Below, in pieces: positions 50,689 through 61,016 of a DNA stretch of 64,000 nt. A model generated the notes under the pieces. The model saw nothing but the letters and a program-made list of their open reading frames with translations. It did no database searches and was not told where the DNA came from. How positions within the stretch are numbered: position 1 is the first letter of the stretch; each line of letters opens with the position of its first letter. Source of the DNA: an uncultured delta proteobacterium (GTDB taxonomy: Bacteria; Myxococcota_A; UBA9160; SZUA-336); the NCBI GenBank assembly GCA_963704165.1, contig CAVPHD010000001.1, forward strand, positions 256,001 through 320,000. The letters are read 5' to 3'. The translations under genes were made by a program, and so were the position numbers.

Positions 50689-52260
50689 TCAGAAGTCGCA
50701 GCAGGCGGGTGGCTCGGGCGAATTCACCGCCGCGTTGATCAGCGGGAACACCGCCGCGTCGTCGAGGCGGACGAAGGTCACGCCCGCCCCGCGAAGCGCC
50801 GCGATCAGCGCGGGGAGTTGCGCCGCGGTGTTGACCTGGCTGTCGTGCAGGATCGCGACGCCGCCGCCGTAGAGTGCGAGCCGGGTCAACGTCCAACCGA
50901 CCATGTCGCTCTGATACGCGGGCGGCAGCCAGCTCGCGTATGCCGGACTGCAGTACCCGTTCCCGATCGCGTAGCACCAGTCCAGCGTGTCGATGTGGAA
51001 GCCGACCATCGACAGGCCGTATTCGCGCACGATGCCAGCGCTCGCGCAGTTCGAGGCTGAGAACGGGATCCGGAAGAAGCGCGGATGGTGGCACGCGTCG
51101 CCGATCGCGAACCGGATGTTCTGGTTGGTCGCGTCGATCTCGCTTCGCATCTGCTCGACCGAGAGCGTCGTGAAGCGCGCGTGCGAGTAGGAGTGATTCG
51201 CGATCTCGAAGAGCGGGTCCGCGTGGATCTCGAGCGCGAGCGCCCGCGTCTCGGGACTCTCGAGCTTGTAGCCCACCATGAAGAACGTCGCGGGCACGCC
51301 CTCGTTGCGGAGCGTCTCGACGATCGCCGGCGTCGTGGCGAGGTTCGGTCCGTCGTCGAAGGTCAGCGCGACGCGGTACCCGAACGGGCCGGCATCGGGC
51401 GGGGGCTCCTGCGCGCACGAATACCCGCTGCCGGGATCGACCGTCGGCCAGTCGAGACAGACCGCCGGGCCGAAGAACGCGTCGATCCGCACGACCAGCC
51501 GCCCGCCGGCCTCGTCGACGAACGCGAACGCCGCGAGGATGTCGGCGCCTTCGGGCGCGTCTCCGGGCGGGTCGACCGCCACGAGCTCGCCCATCGACCA
51601 CTCGCGGAGCACTCCATCGCCGAGTCCGGCCCACGCAGGATCCGGGCTCGCGATGGCGACGAGGGCCGCGAGCGCGAGAGCGAAGCCGGCACGGTGCCTG
51701 CGGCGAGCGGCGAGCAGGGCGACACCGAGGAGTGTGAGTACGACCGGCGCCAGCGCCGGACCGGGAATCACCGGCACGGCCATCGAACGCAGCGCGATCG
51801 ACACCGCGGCTCCCTCCGCGGTCCCGGTCGTGGTCAGGAGCGCGTCATTCCCGGCCGGCGAATTCAGGGTGAAGTAGGCGTGGGCGACGGTCGCTGCTGG
51901 GATCTCCGCGAGCGGAAGCTGCGTCTCGATCAGCGTCGATCCCGCGATTCCATCGCCATCGATCACGGTCCACGGCGGCGACGGGTCGACGACGACCGGT
52001 GTCTCGGGTCCGAAGATGCCCGTGAGCGGTTCGACGCAGCTCGCGTGCGTCACCGAGATGACCTGCCTCGTGACGAGATCGACGATCGTCCGCAGAGACA
52101 GCTCGACGCCGGGCACCGTTCCGTCGGCGGTCACGATCGCGCAGCCGGTTTCGAGGTTTCGATCGAGATCGAGCCCGACGACGAGTTCGGCCTCGTCCGC
52201 GCGCACCTGGCCGGCAAGTGCAATTCCTACGACCAGAGCCCAACTCGCTGCGGTCTTCAG
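50689..52260 (-). CDS. Secreted polysaccharide deacetylase (CE4/NodB) with internal TM hairpin (probable CTG start)
   Basis: VALTFDDGP, ATFF, NHSYSH, FFRIPF, ILHD; in-frame signal peptide (CTG)KTAASWALVVGIALAGQVRA-DE upstream of GTG 52206. Confidence 0.85.
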   Translation of the reverse strand: MKTAASWALVVGIALAGQVRADEAELVVGLDLDRNLETGCAIVTADGTVPGVELSLRTIVDLVTRQVISVTHASCVEPLTGIFGPETPVVVDPSPPWTVIDGDGIAGSTLIETQLPLAEIPAATVAHAYFTLNSPAGNDALLTTTGTAEGAAVSIALRSMAVPVIPGPALAPVVLTLLGVALLAARRRHRAGFALALAALVAIASPDPAWAGLGDGVLREWSMGELVAVDPPGDAPEGADILAAFAFVDEAGGRLVVRIDAFFGPAVCLDWPTVDPGSGYSCAQEPPPDAGPFGYRVALTFDDGPNLATTPAIVETLRNEGVPATFFMVGYKLESPETRALALEIHADPLFEIANHSYSHARFTTLSVEQMRSEIDATNQNIRFAIGDACHHPRFFRIPFSASNCASAGIVREYGLSMVGFHIDTLDWCYAIGNGYCSPAYASWLPPAYQSDMVGWTLTRLALYGGGVAILHDSQVNTAAQLPALIAALRGAGVTFVRLDDAAVFPLINAAVNSPEPPACCDF

Positions 52261-52541
52261 GTCGCCCTCATCGACGGCGGAATCGCGGACGAGTCGGATC
52301 GCGCCGAGTCGAAACTTGCCGGGTGCACAACGCTTCGCGCGTTCATCGCCAGCCTATCACGGCCGATTCACACGCCATCCAGGGAAAAGCGGCTGGAAAT
52401 GCCTCCCGCTCGGGCCTGCCTTGCTGCTAAGATGGGCCTCTGCAAGAGAGCTTGCGGTCAACATGTGTGGACGCAGGCAGGTTTCTCCCGATGTCGGGTT
52501 GAAGCTGGAATGTCGCGCCGATCCGAAGGCTGGAAACACGG

Positions 52542-52913
52542 ATGCTCACCCGCCGAATCGCTCGATGCGCGCTGCTCTTCGCGCTGATCTGCGGATCCGC
52601 ACACGCCGCGACGCTCGACCTGGGCTTCGAGGCGTCACCCTTTGGCAGGCAGCCGCCGTCGCCCTCGGGCCTCGCGTTGAATTCGCTCTGGCTTCCTCCG
52701 ACCGCGAAGCTCCTCCAGATGCGCACGCCACTCGGTGGGCCGAGCTTCCGCCTGGACTCGTTCGTTCACGTCGCCTCCGAGATCGAGCTCTCGAACATGT
52801 CGCCGCGGTTCGAGTCGATCTTCGAGCACGACGACCTGCCGGACCTCGGACGGATCGGCGACGGCGCGGGCGGGTCGCGCTTCTCCACGGATCTGCTGGA
52901 TCCAGGCCTGTAG
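52542..52913 (+). CDS. Hypothetical secreted protein
   Basis: Signal peptide MLTRRIARCALLFALICGSAHA; Pro/Ser-rich mature part; no recognised motif. Confidence 0.5.
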   Translation: MLTRRIARCALLFALICGSAHAATLDLGFEASPFGRQPPSPSGLALNSLWLPPTAKLLQMRTPLGGPSFRLDSFVHVASEIELSNMSPRFESIFEHDDLPDLGRIGDGAGGSRFSTDLLDPGL

Positions 52914-52977
52914 CGGCCGATCGCCGCTTCGCCGATGGCGTGCTACCTAGGCAGCGCCATTTCCAGAGAGGGTTTCG

Positions 52978-53817
52978 ATGATTTCGTCTTTGCTGCGATC
53001 GGTGGGTTTCGGTTTTGCGTGCGCGGCGATTCTCGTGGCGGGGATCGCGTTGCAGCCCGACGCGGCGCGCGCCGCGGACGGTGACCAACCGAGCTACGAG
53101 ATCGGGCTCTACGTCTGGGGCACGTCGCTGGTCGGCGAGATCGACACGGACGAGGGCTCGGCGACCACCCGCATCCCCTTCTCGGACCTGATCAGGAACG
53201 TGAACGTGTCCGCCATGGTCCGCACGCGCGCGCAATTCGACAAATTTTCCATCGTCTTCGACGGCGAGTACTACGATCTCGAGAGCGATACCGAACGACG
53301 GACGATCCGGCTCGGCCCGCAGGGAAATGTCGAGGTCGAAGCGAGCGCGAAGGTCAAGCTCGTGCAGTACATCCTCGAGCTGAACGGCGGATACCAGGTC
53401 TTCGACATCGACGCGCCGTACTCGCTGGTCCCCGGCGACGAGCTTCGCACCCGCGGAGAAATGTACCTGGGCGCGCGCTACCTCTCGCTGAAGCCCGAGG
53501 TCGAGGTCGAAGTCGGCATGCTGAGCGCCGACATCGGCGAGTGGGAGAGCTGGGTCGACGGCGTCGTCGGCGCGCGGCTCGCATTCGACCTCTCCGAGAA
53601 CGTGGTGCTCGGCATCCAGGGCGACGTCGGCGGATTCAACGTCGGCCAATCCTCGAAGTTCACCTGGATGCAGATCACGTCGCTCTCCTGGCGTTGCTCC
53701 GAGAGCATGACGCTCGCGCTCGGCTACAAGTTCCTCGACATCGAGCGCGAGATCGGAGACACCACGATCGACCTGCAGCTCCGCGGCCCGTTCATCGCCT
53801 CGTTCGTGCGGTTCTAG
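52978..53817 (+). CDS. Hypothetical outer-membrane beta-barrel protein
   Basis: Signal peptide ending ARA, alternating beta-strands, WVDGVVGAR, DVGGF, C-terminal aromatic GPFIASFVRF. Confidence 0.78.
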   Translation: MISSLLRSVGFGFACAAILVAGIALQPDAARAADGDQPSYEIGLYVWGTSLVGEIDTDEGSATTRIPFSDLIRNVNVSAMVRTRAQFDKFSIVFDGEYYDLESDTERRTIRLGPQGNVEVEASAKVKLVQYILELNGGYQVFDIDAPYSLVPGDELRTRGEMYLGARYLSLKPEVEVEVGMLSADIGEWESWVDGVVGARLAFDLSENVVLGIQGDVGGFNVGQSSKFTWMQITSLSWRCSESMTLALGYKFLDIEREIGDTTIDLQLRGPFIASFVRF

Positions 53818-55364
53818 CGAACGAACGAGGCTGCGGCGTCGCTCGCGAGCTGGAGCAGGTTCACGTCGGCCATCTGCAGGAGCGACGCGACACCGGGCAG
53901 CGCGTTCTGCGGCAAGAGCCCGATGAGGATCACGGCGGCGGCGCAGCTGGCCAGCGCGAGGCCCTCGAAGAAGGTGGCCTTGCCGGGCGGCTGGGCGTCG
54001 TCGCGCGGCGGGTAGAAGTACATCGTGGCGGGGATGCGCAGGTAGTAGCCGAGCGAGATCGCCGAGTTCAGCACGGCGATCACGACGAGCCAGACGAGCG
54101 ACGAGCTGCCGGTCGCGAGGCCGTTCTGCACCGCGGCGCTGAAGATCAGGAACTTGCCGATGAAGCCCGCCGTGCCCGGCATGCCGAGCAGCGAGAACAT
54201 GCAGATCGACATCACGATCGCGAGCGCAGGACGGGTCTGCGCGAGGCCGGAGAGATCGTCGATGCGATCGAGCTCCTCGCCGTCGCGGGTCAGGACCGAG
54301 ACCACCGTGAACGCGCCGACCGTCATGAAGGTGTAGGCGAGCAGGTAGACGAGCACGGCCTGCATGCCGTGCTCGCCGCCGGCGATCACGCCGATCAGCA
54401 GATATCCGGCGTGGGCGATGCTCGAGTACGCGAGCATCCGCTTGGTGTTGCGCTGGATCAGCGCCATGACGTTTCCGACCGTCATCGAGAGCGCGGAGAG
54501 GACCCAGAGGATCCCGTACACGGACTCCGAGACGGGTGCGAGTCCGGAGTAGACGACGCGGAGCAGCGCGCCGAACGCCGCGACCTTCACCGCCGTCGCC
54601 ATGAACGCGGAGACCGTCGTCGGCGCGCCCTCGTAGGTGTCCGGCGCCCACTGGTGGAACGGCACCGACGAGATCTTGAAGCCGAGCCCGATCAGCACGA
54701 GCCCGGCGCCGACCAGGTCGATCGCGTTCTCGGGATCGAAGCTCGTGGCGATCTCCGAGAGCACGAGCGAACCCGTCGCGCCGTACAGGAGCGCCGAGCC
54801 GTAGAGCAGGATTCCCGAGGCGAACGAGCCGATCAGGAAGTACTTCACGGCCGATTCGTTCGAGCGCAGCGACGTCCGCCGGAAGCCCGCGAGCGCGTAC
54901 ACCGGAATGCTCATCAGCTCGAGCGCGAGGAAGAGCATGATCAGATCGGAAGCGGCGACGAGGAACATCATTCCCGTCACCGACGAGAGCACGAGCACGT
55001 AGAACTCGCCCCAGTTCGAGTGGATGTGCTCGAGGTACTTGGTCGAGGCGAGCACCGTCAGCATGGCGCCGATCAGCACGATCGACATCAGGAAGAGCGC
55101 CAGGCCGTCCATCCGCACCATTTCGAAGTCGGGATTGAAGACGCGCGGCGGCTCCGAGAAGGCATTCAACGTGAAGAGCAGCGAGACCGCGAGGAAGAAG
55201 ACGCTCGCGGTCGCCAGGTAGGTGCCGCGGCGCGCGGCCGAGACGCGTTGGCCGAGCAGAACCGGCGTTCCGCGCAGCGCCACGTCGAGAAGCGGCAGGC
55301 AGAGGACCCCGAGCGCGACGGGAATCATCGGCGCGACGGCGGCGAGATCGAGCTCCGGGATCAT
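53814..55364 (-). CDS. nuoN: NADH-quinone oxidoreductase subunit N
   Basis: LELMSIPVY, ESAVKYF, FKISSVPFHQWAPDTYEGAPT, KRMLAYSSIAHAGY. Confidence 0.96.
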   Translation of the reverse strand: MIPELDLAAVAPMIPVALGVLCLPLLDVALRGTPVLLGQRVSAARRGTYLATASVFFLAVSLLFTLNAFSEPPRVFNPDFEMVRMDGLALFLMSIVLIGAMLTVLASTKYLEHIHSNWGEFYVLVLSSVTGMMFLVAASDLIMLFLALELMSIPVYALAGFRRTSLRSNESAVKYFLIGSFASGILLYGSALLYGATGSLVLSEIATSFDPENAIDLVGAGLVLIGLGFKISSVPFHQWAPDTYEGAPTTVSAFMATAVKVAAFGALLRVVYSGLAPVSESVYGILWVLSALSMTVGNVMALIQRNTKRMLAYSSIAHAGYLLIGVIAGGEHGMQAVLVYLLAYTFMTVGAFTVVSVLTRDGEELDRIDDLSGLAQTRPALAIVMSICMFSLLGMPGTAGFIGKFLIFSAAVQNGLATGSSSLVWLVVIAVLNSAISLGYYLRIPATMYFYPPRDDAQPPGKATFFEGLALASCAAAVILIGLLPQNALPGVASLLQMADVNLLQLASDAAASFVR

Positions 55365-56995
55365 CGCGAGGTCTCCACGCCGACCTGCACCGTGATCGGA
55401 TCGTCGCGCGTCTCGAGGTTCTGCCAGCCGGCCAGGTCCGCACCGCGTCGGGTCATCGTCTCGAGCAGCTCCGTCACCGCGCGATCCATCGGGTTCGTGA
55501 ACGTCGACGGGTGAACCCCGATCCAGATCATCGGTATCACGAGCGCCGTCGCGACCAGCTTCTCGCGCAGGCCAAGGTCGAGCAGAACCTTGTTCGCGTC
55601 GTTCGTGAGCGGACCGAAGAAGACCCGGCGCATCGCCCAGAGCATGTAGACCGCCGAGAGGATCACGCCCGAGGTCGCGACCACCGTCGCTCCGGGCAGG
55701 CTCTTGAACGCGCCGAGCAGGATCAGGAACTCCCCGACGAAGCCGTTCAGGCCCGGCAGCCCGACCGAGCTCAGCGTGGCGATCGCGAAGAAGACCGCGA
55801 AGACCGGCATCACCGACGCGAGGCCGCCGAACGCGTCGAGCTCGCGCACGTGGCGGCGCTCGTAGAGCATGCCGACGAGGATGAAGAGCGCTCCCGTCGA
55901 GATGCCGTGGTTCACCATCTGCAGCACCGCGCCCGCGACCCCCTGCGGATTCAGGGCGAAGAGCCCCAGCACGATGAAGCCCATGTGCGAGACCGACGAG
56001 TACGCGACGAGCTTCTTCAGGTCGCTCTGCACCCAGGCGACGAGCGCCCCGTACACCACCCCGATGATCGCGAGGCCGACGATCCAGGGCGCGAAGTCGA
56101 GCGCGGCCTGCGGGAAGAGCGGCAGCGCGTAGCGCACGAAGCCGAAGGTTCCGAGCTTCAGCAGGACGCCCGCGAGCACGGCGGAGCCGGGCGTCGGTGC
56201 TTCGACGTGCGCGTCGGGAAGCCAGGTGTGGAACGGGAACATCGGCACCTTGATCGCGAACGCGAGCGCGAAGACCGCGAAGAGGAAGCCCTGCCGCTGC
56301 CACCACACGCCACCGACGTTCGGAATCGAGAGATCGAGGATCCCGGTGCCGCCGTTGCTGCCGTAGTACTCGAAGCTCGGCAAGCCGAACTGGACCTGGT
56401 GCAGCCACGCCAGAACGACGATGCCGACCAGCATCAGCAAGCTGCCGACCATCGTGTAGATGAAGAACTTCAGCGTCGCGTAGATGCGCCGCGGCCCGCC
56501 CCAGATGCCGATGATGAAGTACATCGGAATCAGCATCAGCTCCCAGAACACGTAGAAGAGGAAGAGGTTCAGAGCGAGGAACGCGCCGAGCATCCCGGTC
56601 TGGAGCGCGAGCATGAAGAACAGGTAGGAGCGCAAGCGCTCGTGGATGTCGTTCCACGAAGCGAGCAGCACGACCGGCAGCAGGAAGCTCGTCAGCGCCA
56701 CGAGCAGCAGCGCGATCCCGTCGATTCCGAGCGAGTAGTGGATGCCCAGGCTCGGCAGCCACTCCGCGCGCTCGACGAGCTGCATCCCGCTCGAAGCGGG
56801 ATCGAAGCGCTGCCAGAGCGCGATCGTCAGGACCATCCCCAGCAGCGACGACGCGAAGGCCGTGTACTTCCACACGACTTCGGGAAGGCGGAGGAAACCG
56901 TCGAGGAGCGCGAGCACGAGCACCGTCGCGATCGGCAGGAAGACGATCGTCGAGAGCAGGTGATCCGCCAGCAGCGTCTCGAGGCTCTGCATCAT
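55361..56995 (-). CDS. nuoM: NADH-quinone oxidoreductase subunit M
   Basis: FWELMLIPMY, KFFIYT, KVPMFPFHTWLPDAHVEAPT, AYSSVSHMG, GFVGEF. Confidence 0.96.
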   Translation of the reverse strand: MMQSLETLLADHLLSTIVFLPIATVLVLALLDGFLRLPEVVWKYTAFASSLLGMVLTIALWQRFDPASSGMQLVERAEWLPSLGIHYSLGIDGIALLLVALTSFLLPVVLLASWNDIHERLRSYLFFMLALQTGMLGAFLALNLFLFYVFWELMLIPMYFIIGIWGGPRRIYATLKFFIYTMVGSLLMLVGIVVLAWLHQVQFGLPSFEYYGSNGGTGILDLSIPNVGGVWWQRQGFLFAVFALAFAIKVPMFPFHTWLPDAHVEAPTPGSAVLAGVLLKLGTFGFVRYALPLFPQAALDFAPWIVGLAIIGVVYGALVAWVQSDLKKLVAYSSVSHMGFIVLGLFALNPQGVAGAVLQMVNHGISTGALFILVGMLYERRHVRELDAFGGLASVMPVFAVFFAIATLSSVGLPGLNGFVGEFLILLGAFKSLPGATVVATSGVILSAVYMLWAMRRVFFGPLTNDANKVLLDLGLREKLVATALVIPMIWIGVHPSTFTNPMDRAVTELLETMTRRGADLAGWQNLETRDDPITVQVGVETSR

Positions 56996-59043
56996 CACGC
57001 GCCTCGCACCAGCCAGGCGACGAGTAGAACGCCACCGATCAGCATCGCGACCAGATACGACTGCGCGAGGCCCGTCTGCAGGTACTTGAGCGCGCCATCG
57101 GCGCTGGCGCGGACGAAGTTCGCGGTGCCGTTCACGCCGATGCCGTCGATCAAGCCCTGATCGACGCCGCGCGAGAGCAGCCCGCGCGAGATCGACTGGA
57201 GCGGACGGACGATCGCGAAGTCGTAGAGCTCGTCGATGCGGTACTTGTCGCGGACCAGGGCGTAGAGCGGACGGATCGCGGCGACGATTCCCGGGACGAG
57301 GTCACGGCGCCAGTAGTAGAGCAGCGTCGCGAGCCCGATCCCGGCCAGGCCGATCAGCGTCGTCAGCGCGGCGAGACCGTACTCCGTCGAGTGGGGAATC
57401 TCGTGCACGGCCGAGTTCACGACCGGCTGCAGGAAGTGGTGCAGGCTGTTCGACCGCTGCACTCCGAACAGCTCTCCGTACGCGTCGGGCAGGCCGAAGA
57501 ACCCTCCGATCACCGAGAAGACGGCGAGCACGGCGAGCGGGACGAGCACCCACTTCCCCGACTCGTGGATCCGCGCTTGCGTGTGGTGTCCCGCGCGGCT
57601 CTCGCCGCTGAACACCAGGAAGTAGAGTCGGAACATGTAGAAGGCGGTGAGGAACGCGGTCGCGAGTCCGATCGCCCAGAGGGCCTGGTGGCCCGGGATC
57701 GCGTGCGCCTGGTTCGCGGCGAGGAGGATCTCGTCCTTCGAGAAGAAGCCCGAGAACGGCGGCACTCCCGCGATCGCGATCACGCCGACGAGGAACGTCG
57801 CCCAGGTCACGGGCATGCGCCTTCGCAGTCCGCCCATCCGCGTGATGTCCTGCTCGTGATGCATTCCGAGAATCACCGAGCCCGCGCCCAGGAAGAGCAG
57901 CGCCTTGAAGAACGCGTGCGTCATCACGTGGAAGATCGCCGCGCTGTAGGCCGCGACTCCGGCCGCCAGGAACATGTAGCCGAGCTGGCTCACCGTCGAG
58001 TACGCGAGCACCTTCTTGATGTCGTTCTGCGCGAGTCCGACCGTGGCGGCGAAGAACGCCGTCAGCGCGCCCGTCCACGCGACCGTCGCCTGCGCGCCGG
58101 GCGCGAGCGAGTATGCGAACGACATGCGGCAGACCATGTACACGCCGGCCGTCACCATCGTCGCCGCGTGGATCAGCGCCGAAACGGGTGTCGGACCCGC
58201 CATCGCGTCCGGAAGCCAGACGTAGAGCGGAATCTGCGCGGACTTCCCGCACGCGCCGACGAACAGACACAGGCATGCGAGCGTGAGCAGACCCCAGGTC
58301 GGAAAGCCCGGCAGGAACGAGAGCCAGCCCGGAAGCTCGACGGTCTGATGGGCGAGCAGGCCGATGTTCGCGGACATCTCGCGGAACTCGACGGTCGGCA
58401 GACCCGCCTGCGCGAACGACCAGAACAGCAGGAAGATCCCCAGCAGGAAGCCGAAGTCGCCGATCCGGTTCACCACGAACGCCTTCTGTCCGCACTTGGC
58501 GTTGTGGTCGTCGAGGTACCAGAACCCGATCAGAAGATAGGAGCAGACGCCGACGCCCTCCCAACCGACGAACATCACCAGCAGGTTGTCGCCGAGGATC
58601 AGCATCAGCATCGAGAACATGAACAGGTTGAGGTAGGCGAAGAAGCGCTGGAAGCCGCGGTCGTCGCGGTGATCGTCGTCCATGTAGCCGACGGAGTAGA
58701 TGTGGATCAGCGAACCGACGCCCGTGACGACGAGCACCATCACTGAGGAGAGCGGGTCGAGCAGGAACGCGAGCTCCGCGTGGAAGTCACCCGCGGAAAT
58801 CCACGTGTACAGGTTGTCCGCGTAGTAGGCCGTGTCCGGAGGCAGCACGTTCTGGAGCGCGAGCTTGAAGACCTGAACGATCGCGATCGCGAACGAGGCG
58901 ATCGGCGCGCCGCAGGCGAGCGCGATCACCACGGCGCGCGGTAGCTGGCGGCGTGCGAAGACGAGCCAGGCCCCCGAGAGCACGGCCGCGATCAACGGCA
59001 GCAGGGGGATCCAGCGAAGCGCGGCGTTCTCGTGCTCGGTCAC
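56995..59043 (-). CDS. nuoL: NADH-quinone oxidoreductase subunit L
   Basis: GWEGVG, NRIGDFG, GKSAQIPLYVWLPDAMAGPTPVSALIHAATMV, HAFFKALLFL. Confidence 0.97.
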   Translation of the reverse strand: MTEHENAALRWIPLLPLIAAVLSGAWLVFARRQLPRAVVIALACGAPIASFAIAIVQVFKLALQNVLPPDTAYYADNLYTWISAGDFHAELAFLLDPLSSVMVLVVTGVGSLIHIYSVGYMDDDHRDDRGFQRFFAYLNLFMFSMLMLILGDNLLVMFVGWEGVGVCSYLLIGFWYLDDHNAKCGQKAFVVNRIGDFGFLLGIFLLFWSFAQAGLPTVEFREMSANIGLLAHQTVELPGWLSFLPGFPTWGLLTLACLCLFVGACGKSAQIPLYVWLPDAMAGPTPVSALIHAATMVTAGVYMVCRMSFAYSLAPGAQATVAWTGALTAFFAATVGLAQNDIKKVLAYSTVSQLGYMFLAAGVAAYSAAIFHVMTHAFFKALLFLGAGSVILGMHHEQDITRMGGLRRRMPVTWATFLVGVIAIAGVPPFSGFFSKDEILLAANQAHAIPGHQALWAIGLATAFLTAFYMFRLYFLVFSGESRAGHHTQARIHESGKWVLVPLAVLAVFSVIGGFFGLPDAYGELFGVQRSNSLHHFLQPVVNSAVHEIPHSTEYGLAALTTLIGLAGIGLATLLYYWRRDLVPGIVAAIRPLYALVRDKYRIDELYDFAIVRPLQSISRGLLSRGVDQGLIDGIGVNGTANFVRASADGALKYLQTGLAQSYLVAMLIGGVLLVAWLVRGA

Positions 59044-59050
59044 GTCTCTC

Positions 59051-59359
59051 CTACCACTTCATCTGACTGGAGTCTTCGATGTTCACGGTGTCGCGGTTGC
59101 GGACGAGGCTGATGATGATGGCGAGCCCGACGGCGACTTCGACCGCCGCCACGACCATGACCATGAAGGCCAGGATCTGTCCCTGATCGTTGCCGATCTC
59201 GCGGCTGAACGAGACGAGCGACAGATTCGCCGCATTGAGCATCAGCTCGATCGACATGAACATCACGATGATGTTCCTGCGCAGCAGCACCCCGAGCGCG
59301 CCGATCGCGAAGATCAGCGCGGCGACGATCTGGAAATGGAACGGCAGCACGTCGCCCAT
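59051..59359 (-). CDS. nuoK: NADH-quinone oxidoreductase subunit K
   Basis: [28 protein letters not shown]. Confidence 0.96.
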   Translation of the reverse strand: MGDVLPFHFQIVAALIFAIGALGVLLRRNIIVMFMSIELMLNAANLSLVSFSREIGNDQGQILAFMVMVVAAVEVAVGLAIIISLVRNRDTVNIEDSSQMKW

Positions 59360-59859
59360 CAGTCGATCTTCTTCTTGGCGAGCACGACCGCCGCGACGAT
59401 GCCCGCGAGCAGGAGCACACCGGCGACCTGCACCGAGAGCACGTAGTCGGTGTAGAGCGCCTCTCCGATCGCGCGCGTCGTGCCGTAGCTCGGATCGACG
59501 TCGGGCCAGGCCGAACGGTTCCCGGCGAGGGCCCGGACGAGCCAGAGGACGGCGCCCGCGGCGACGATCGCGCCGACCGCTTTGGTGATCGGCTGGCTCT
59601 CCGCGCTGGCCGCGCCGCTCCCACGCAGGTTCAGGAGCATGATCACGAACAGGAACAGGACGACGATCGCGCCCGCGTAGACCATCACCTGGATCAGCCC
59701 GACGAACTGCGCTTCGAGCAGGACGTACAGACCGGCGAGCGAGAGCATCGACATGACGAGAGAGAGGGCCGAGTTGATCGGACTGCGCAGGTTTCCGATG
59801 ACGCCGAGCGACGACGCGACCGCGGCCACCGAGAAGACCCAGAACAGCGCCGTACGCAT
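59359..59859 (-). CDS. nuoJ: NADH-quinone oxidoreductase subunit J
   Basis: [39 protein letters not shown]. Confidence 0.95.
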   Translation of the reverse strand: MRTALFWVFSVAAVASSLGVIGNLRSPINSALSLVMSMLSLAGLYVLLEAQFVGLIQVMVYAGAIVVLFLFVIMLLNLRGSGAASAESQPITKAVGAIVAAGAVLWLVRALAGNRSAWPDVDPSYGTTRAIGEALYTDYVLSVQVAGVLLLAGIVAAVVLAKKKID

Positions 59860-61016
59860 CAGCGCGTGACCTCCTGGACGAGCAGGATCCCGAAAGCGGT
59901 GATCACGATGTTCGCGAGCGAGAGCGGCAGCAGGATCTTCCACCCCAGGTTCATGACCTGGTCGTAGCGGAAGCGCGGCATGCTCCAACGGATCAGCATC
60001 TGGAACCAGATCAGGACCACGACCTTGGTCAGGAAGACGATCACGGCGAGCAGCATCGCGGCCAGGTTCGCCAGGTTCTCGCCGAGCACGGGCGTCGCCG
60101 ACGAGATGATCCCCGCCTCGGGCAGCCACGGGATCGACCAACCGCCCAGGAACATCGCGGTCAGGAGCGCCGCGATCACGACGACCTCGATCCACTCCCC
60201 CATCATGTACAGGCCGAACTTCATGCCCGAGTACTCGATGAAGTAGCCGGCGATGATCTCGGATTCGCCCTCGGGCGTGTCGAACGGGGCCCGCTTGTTC
60301 TCGGCCATGAGCGCGGTGAGGAACATGAAGAACGGCAGCGGCTGCAGGACGATTCCCCACATCGGGATCGTGACCCATCCGATCCAGCCGGTGCCCTGCG
60401 CGACCCAGCCGAAGTGCTCGAGGAAGCCGAAGAGCCGGAACGTCTCCTGCTGCATCACGCCGATGTCGCTCAGCTTGAGCGTGCCGAAGATCATGAACAG
60501 ACCGACGACGGTGATCCCGAGCGCGACCTCGTACGAGATCATCTGCGCCGATACGCGGATCGAGCCGAGCATGCCGTAGTTGTTGTTGCCGGCCCAACCC
60601 GCGAGCATCGAGCCGTAGGTCGCGATCGAGCCGATCGCGAACACGTAGAGCACGCCGTAGTCGAGATCCGCGACGGTGAGCGAGACGTGCGCGCCCCACA
60701 TGTCGTAGGTCCCGCCGTAGGGGATCACCGCGAAGCTGATGATCGCCGGGACGACGGCGATGAACGGGCTCACCAGGTGGAGGAAGCGGTGCGCGCCGGT
60801 CGGCACCATGTCTTCCTTCAGGATCATCTTGAGCGCGTCGGCGAGCGGATGGATCAGGCCGAGGGCCCGGATGCCGAAGATCTCGGCGCGGTTCGCACCG
60901 ATGCGATTCTGCATCAGCGCGCTCTGCTTGCGCTCGACCCAGGTCATGATCGGTGCGAAGACCAGCAGGACGAGCGCGAAGAGGAAGAGCGCGACCCAGA
61001 CCGTGGACGTCGCCAT
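59859..61016 (-). CDS. nuoH: NADH-quinone oxidoreductase subunit H
   Basis: [47 protein letters not shown]. Confidence 0.96.
   Translation of the reverse strand: MATSTVWVALFLFALVLLVFAPIMTWVERKQSALMQNRIGANRAEIFGIRALGLIHPLADALKMILKEDMVPTGAHRFLHLVSPFIAVVPAIISFAVIPYGGTYDMWGAHVSLTVADLDYGVLYVFAIGSIATYGSMLAGWAGNNNYGMLGSIRVSAQMISYEVALGITVVGLFMIFGTLKLSDIGVMQQETFRLFGFLEHFGWVAQGTGWIGWVTIPMWGIVLQPLPFFMFLTALMAENKRAPFDTPEGESEIIAGYFIEYSGMKFGLYMMGEWIEVVVIAALLTAMFLGGWSIPWLPEAGIISSATPVLGENLANLAAMLLAVIVFLTKVVVLIWFQMLIRWSMPRFRYDQVMNLGWKILLPLSLANIVITAFGILLVQEVTR

Noticed and set aside
52542..52610. Tat signal in the short hypothetical protein (MLTRRIA)
   Set aside because: It lacks the consensus F at RR+2 and reads equally well as a Sec signal.
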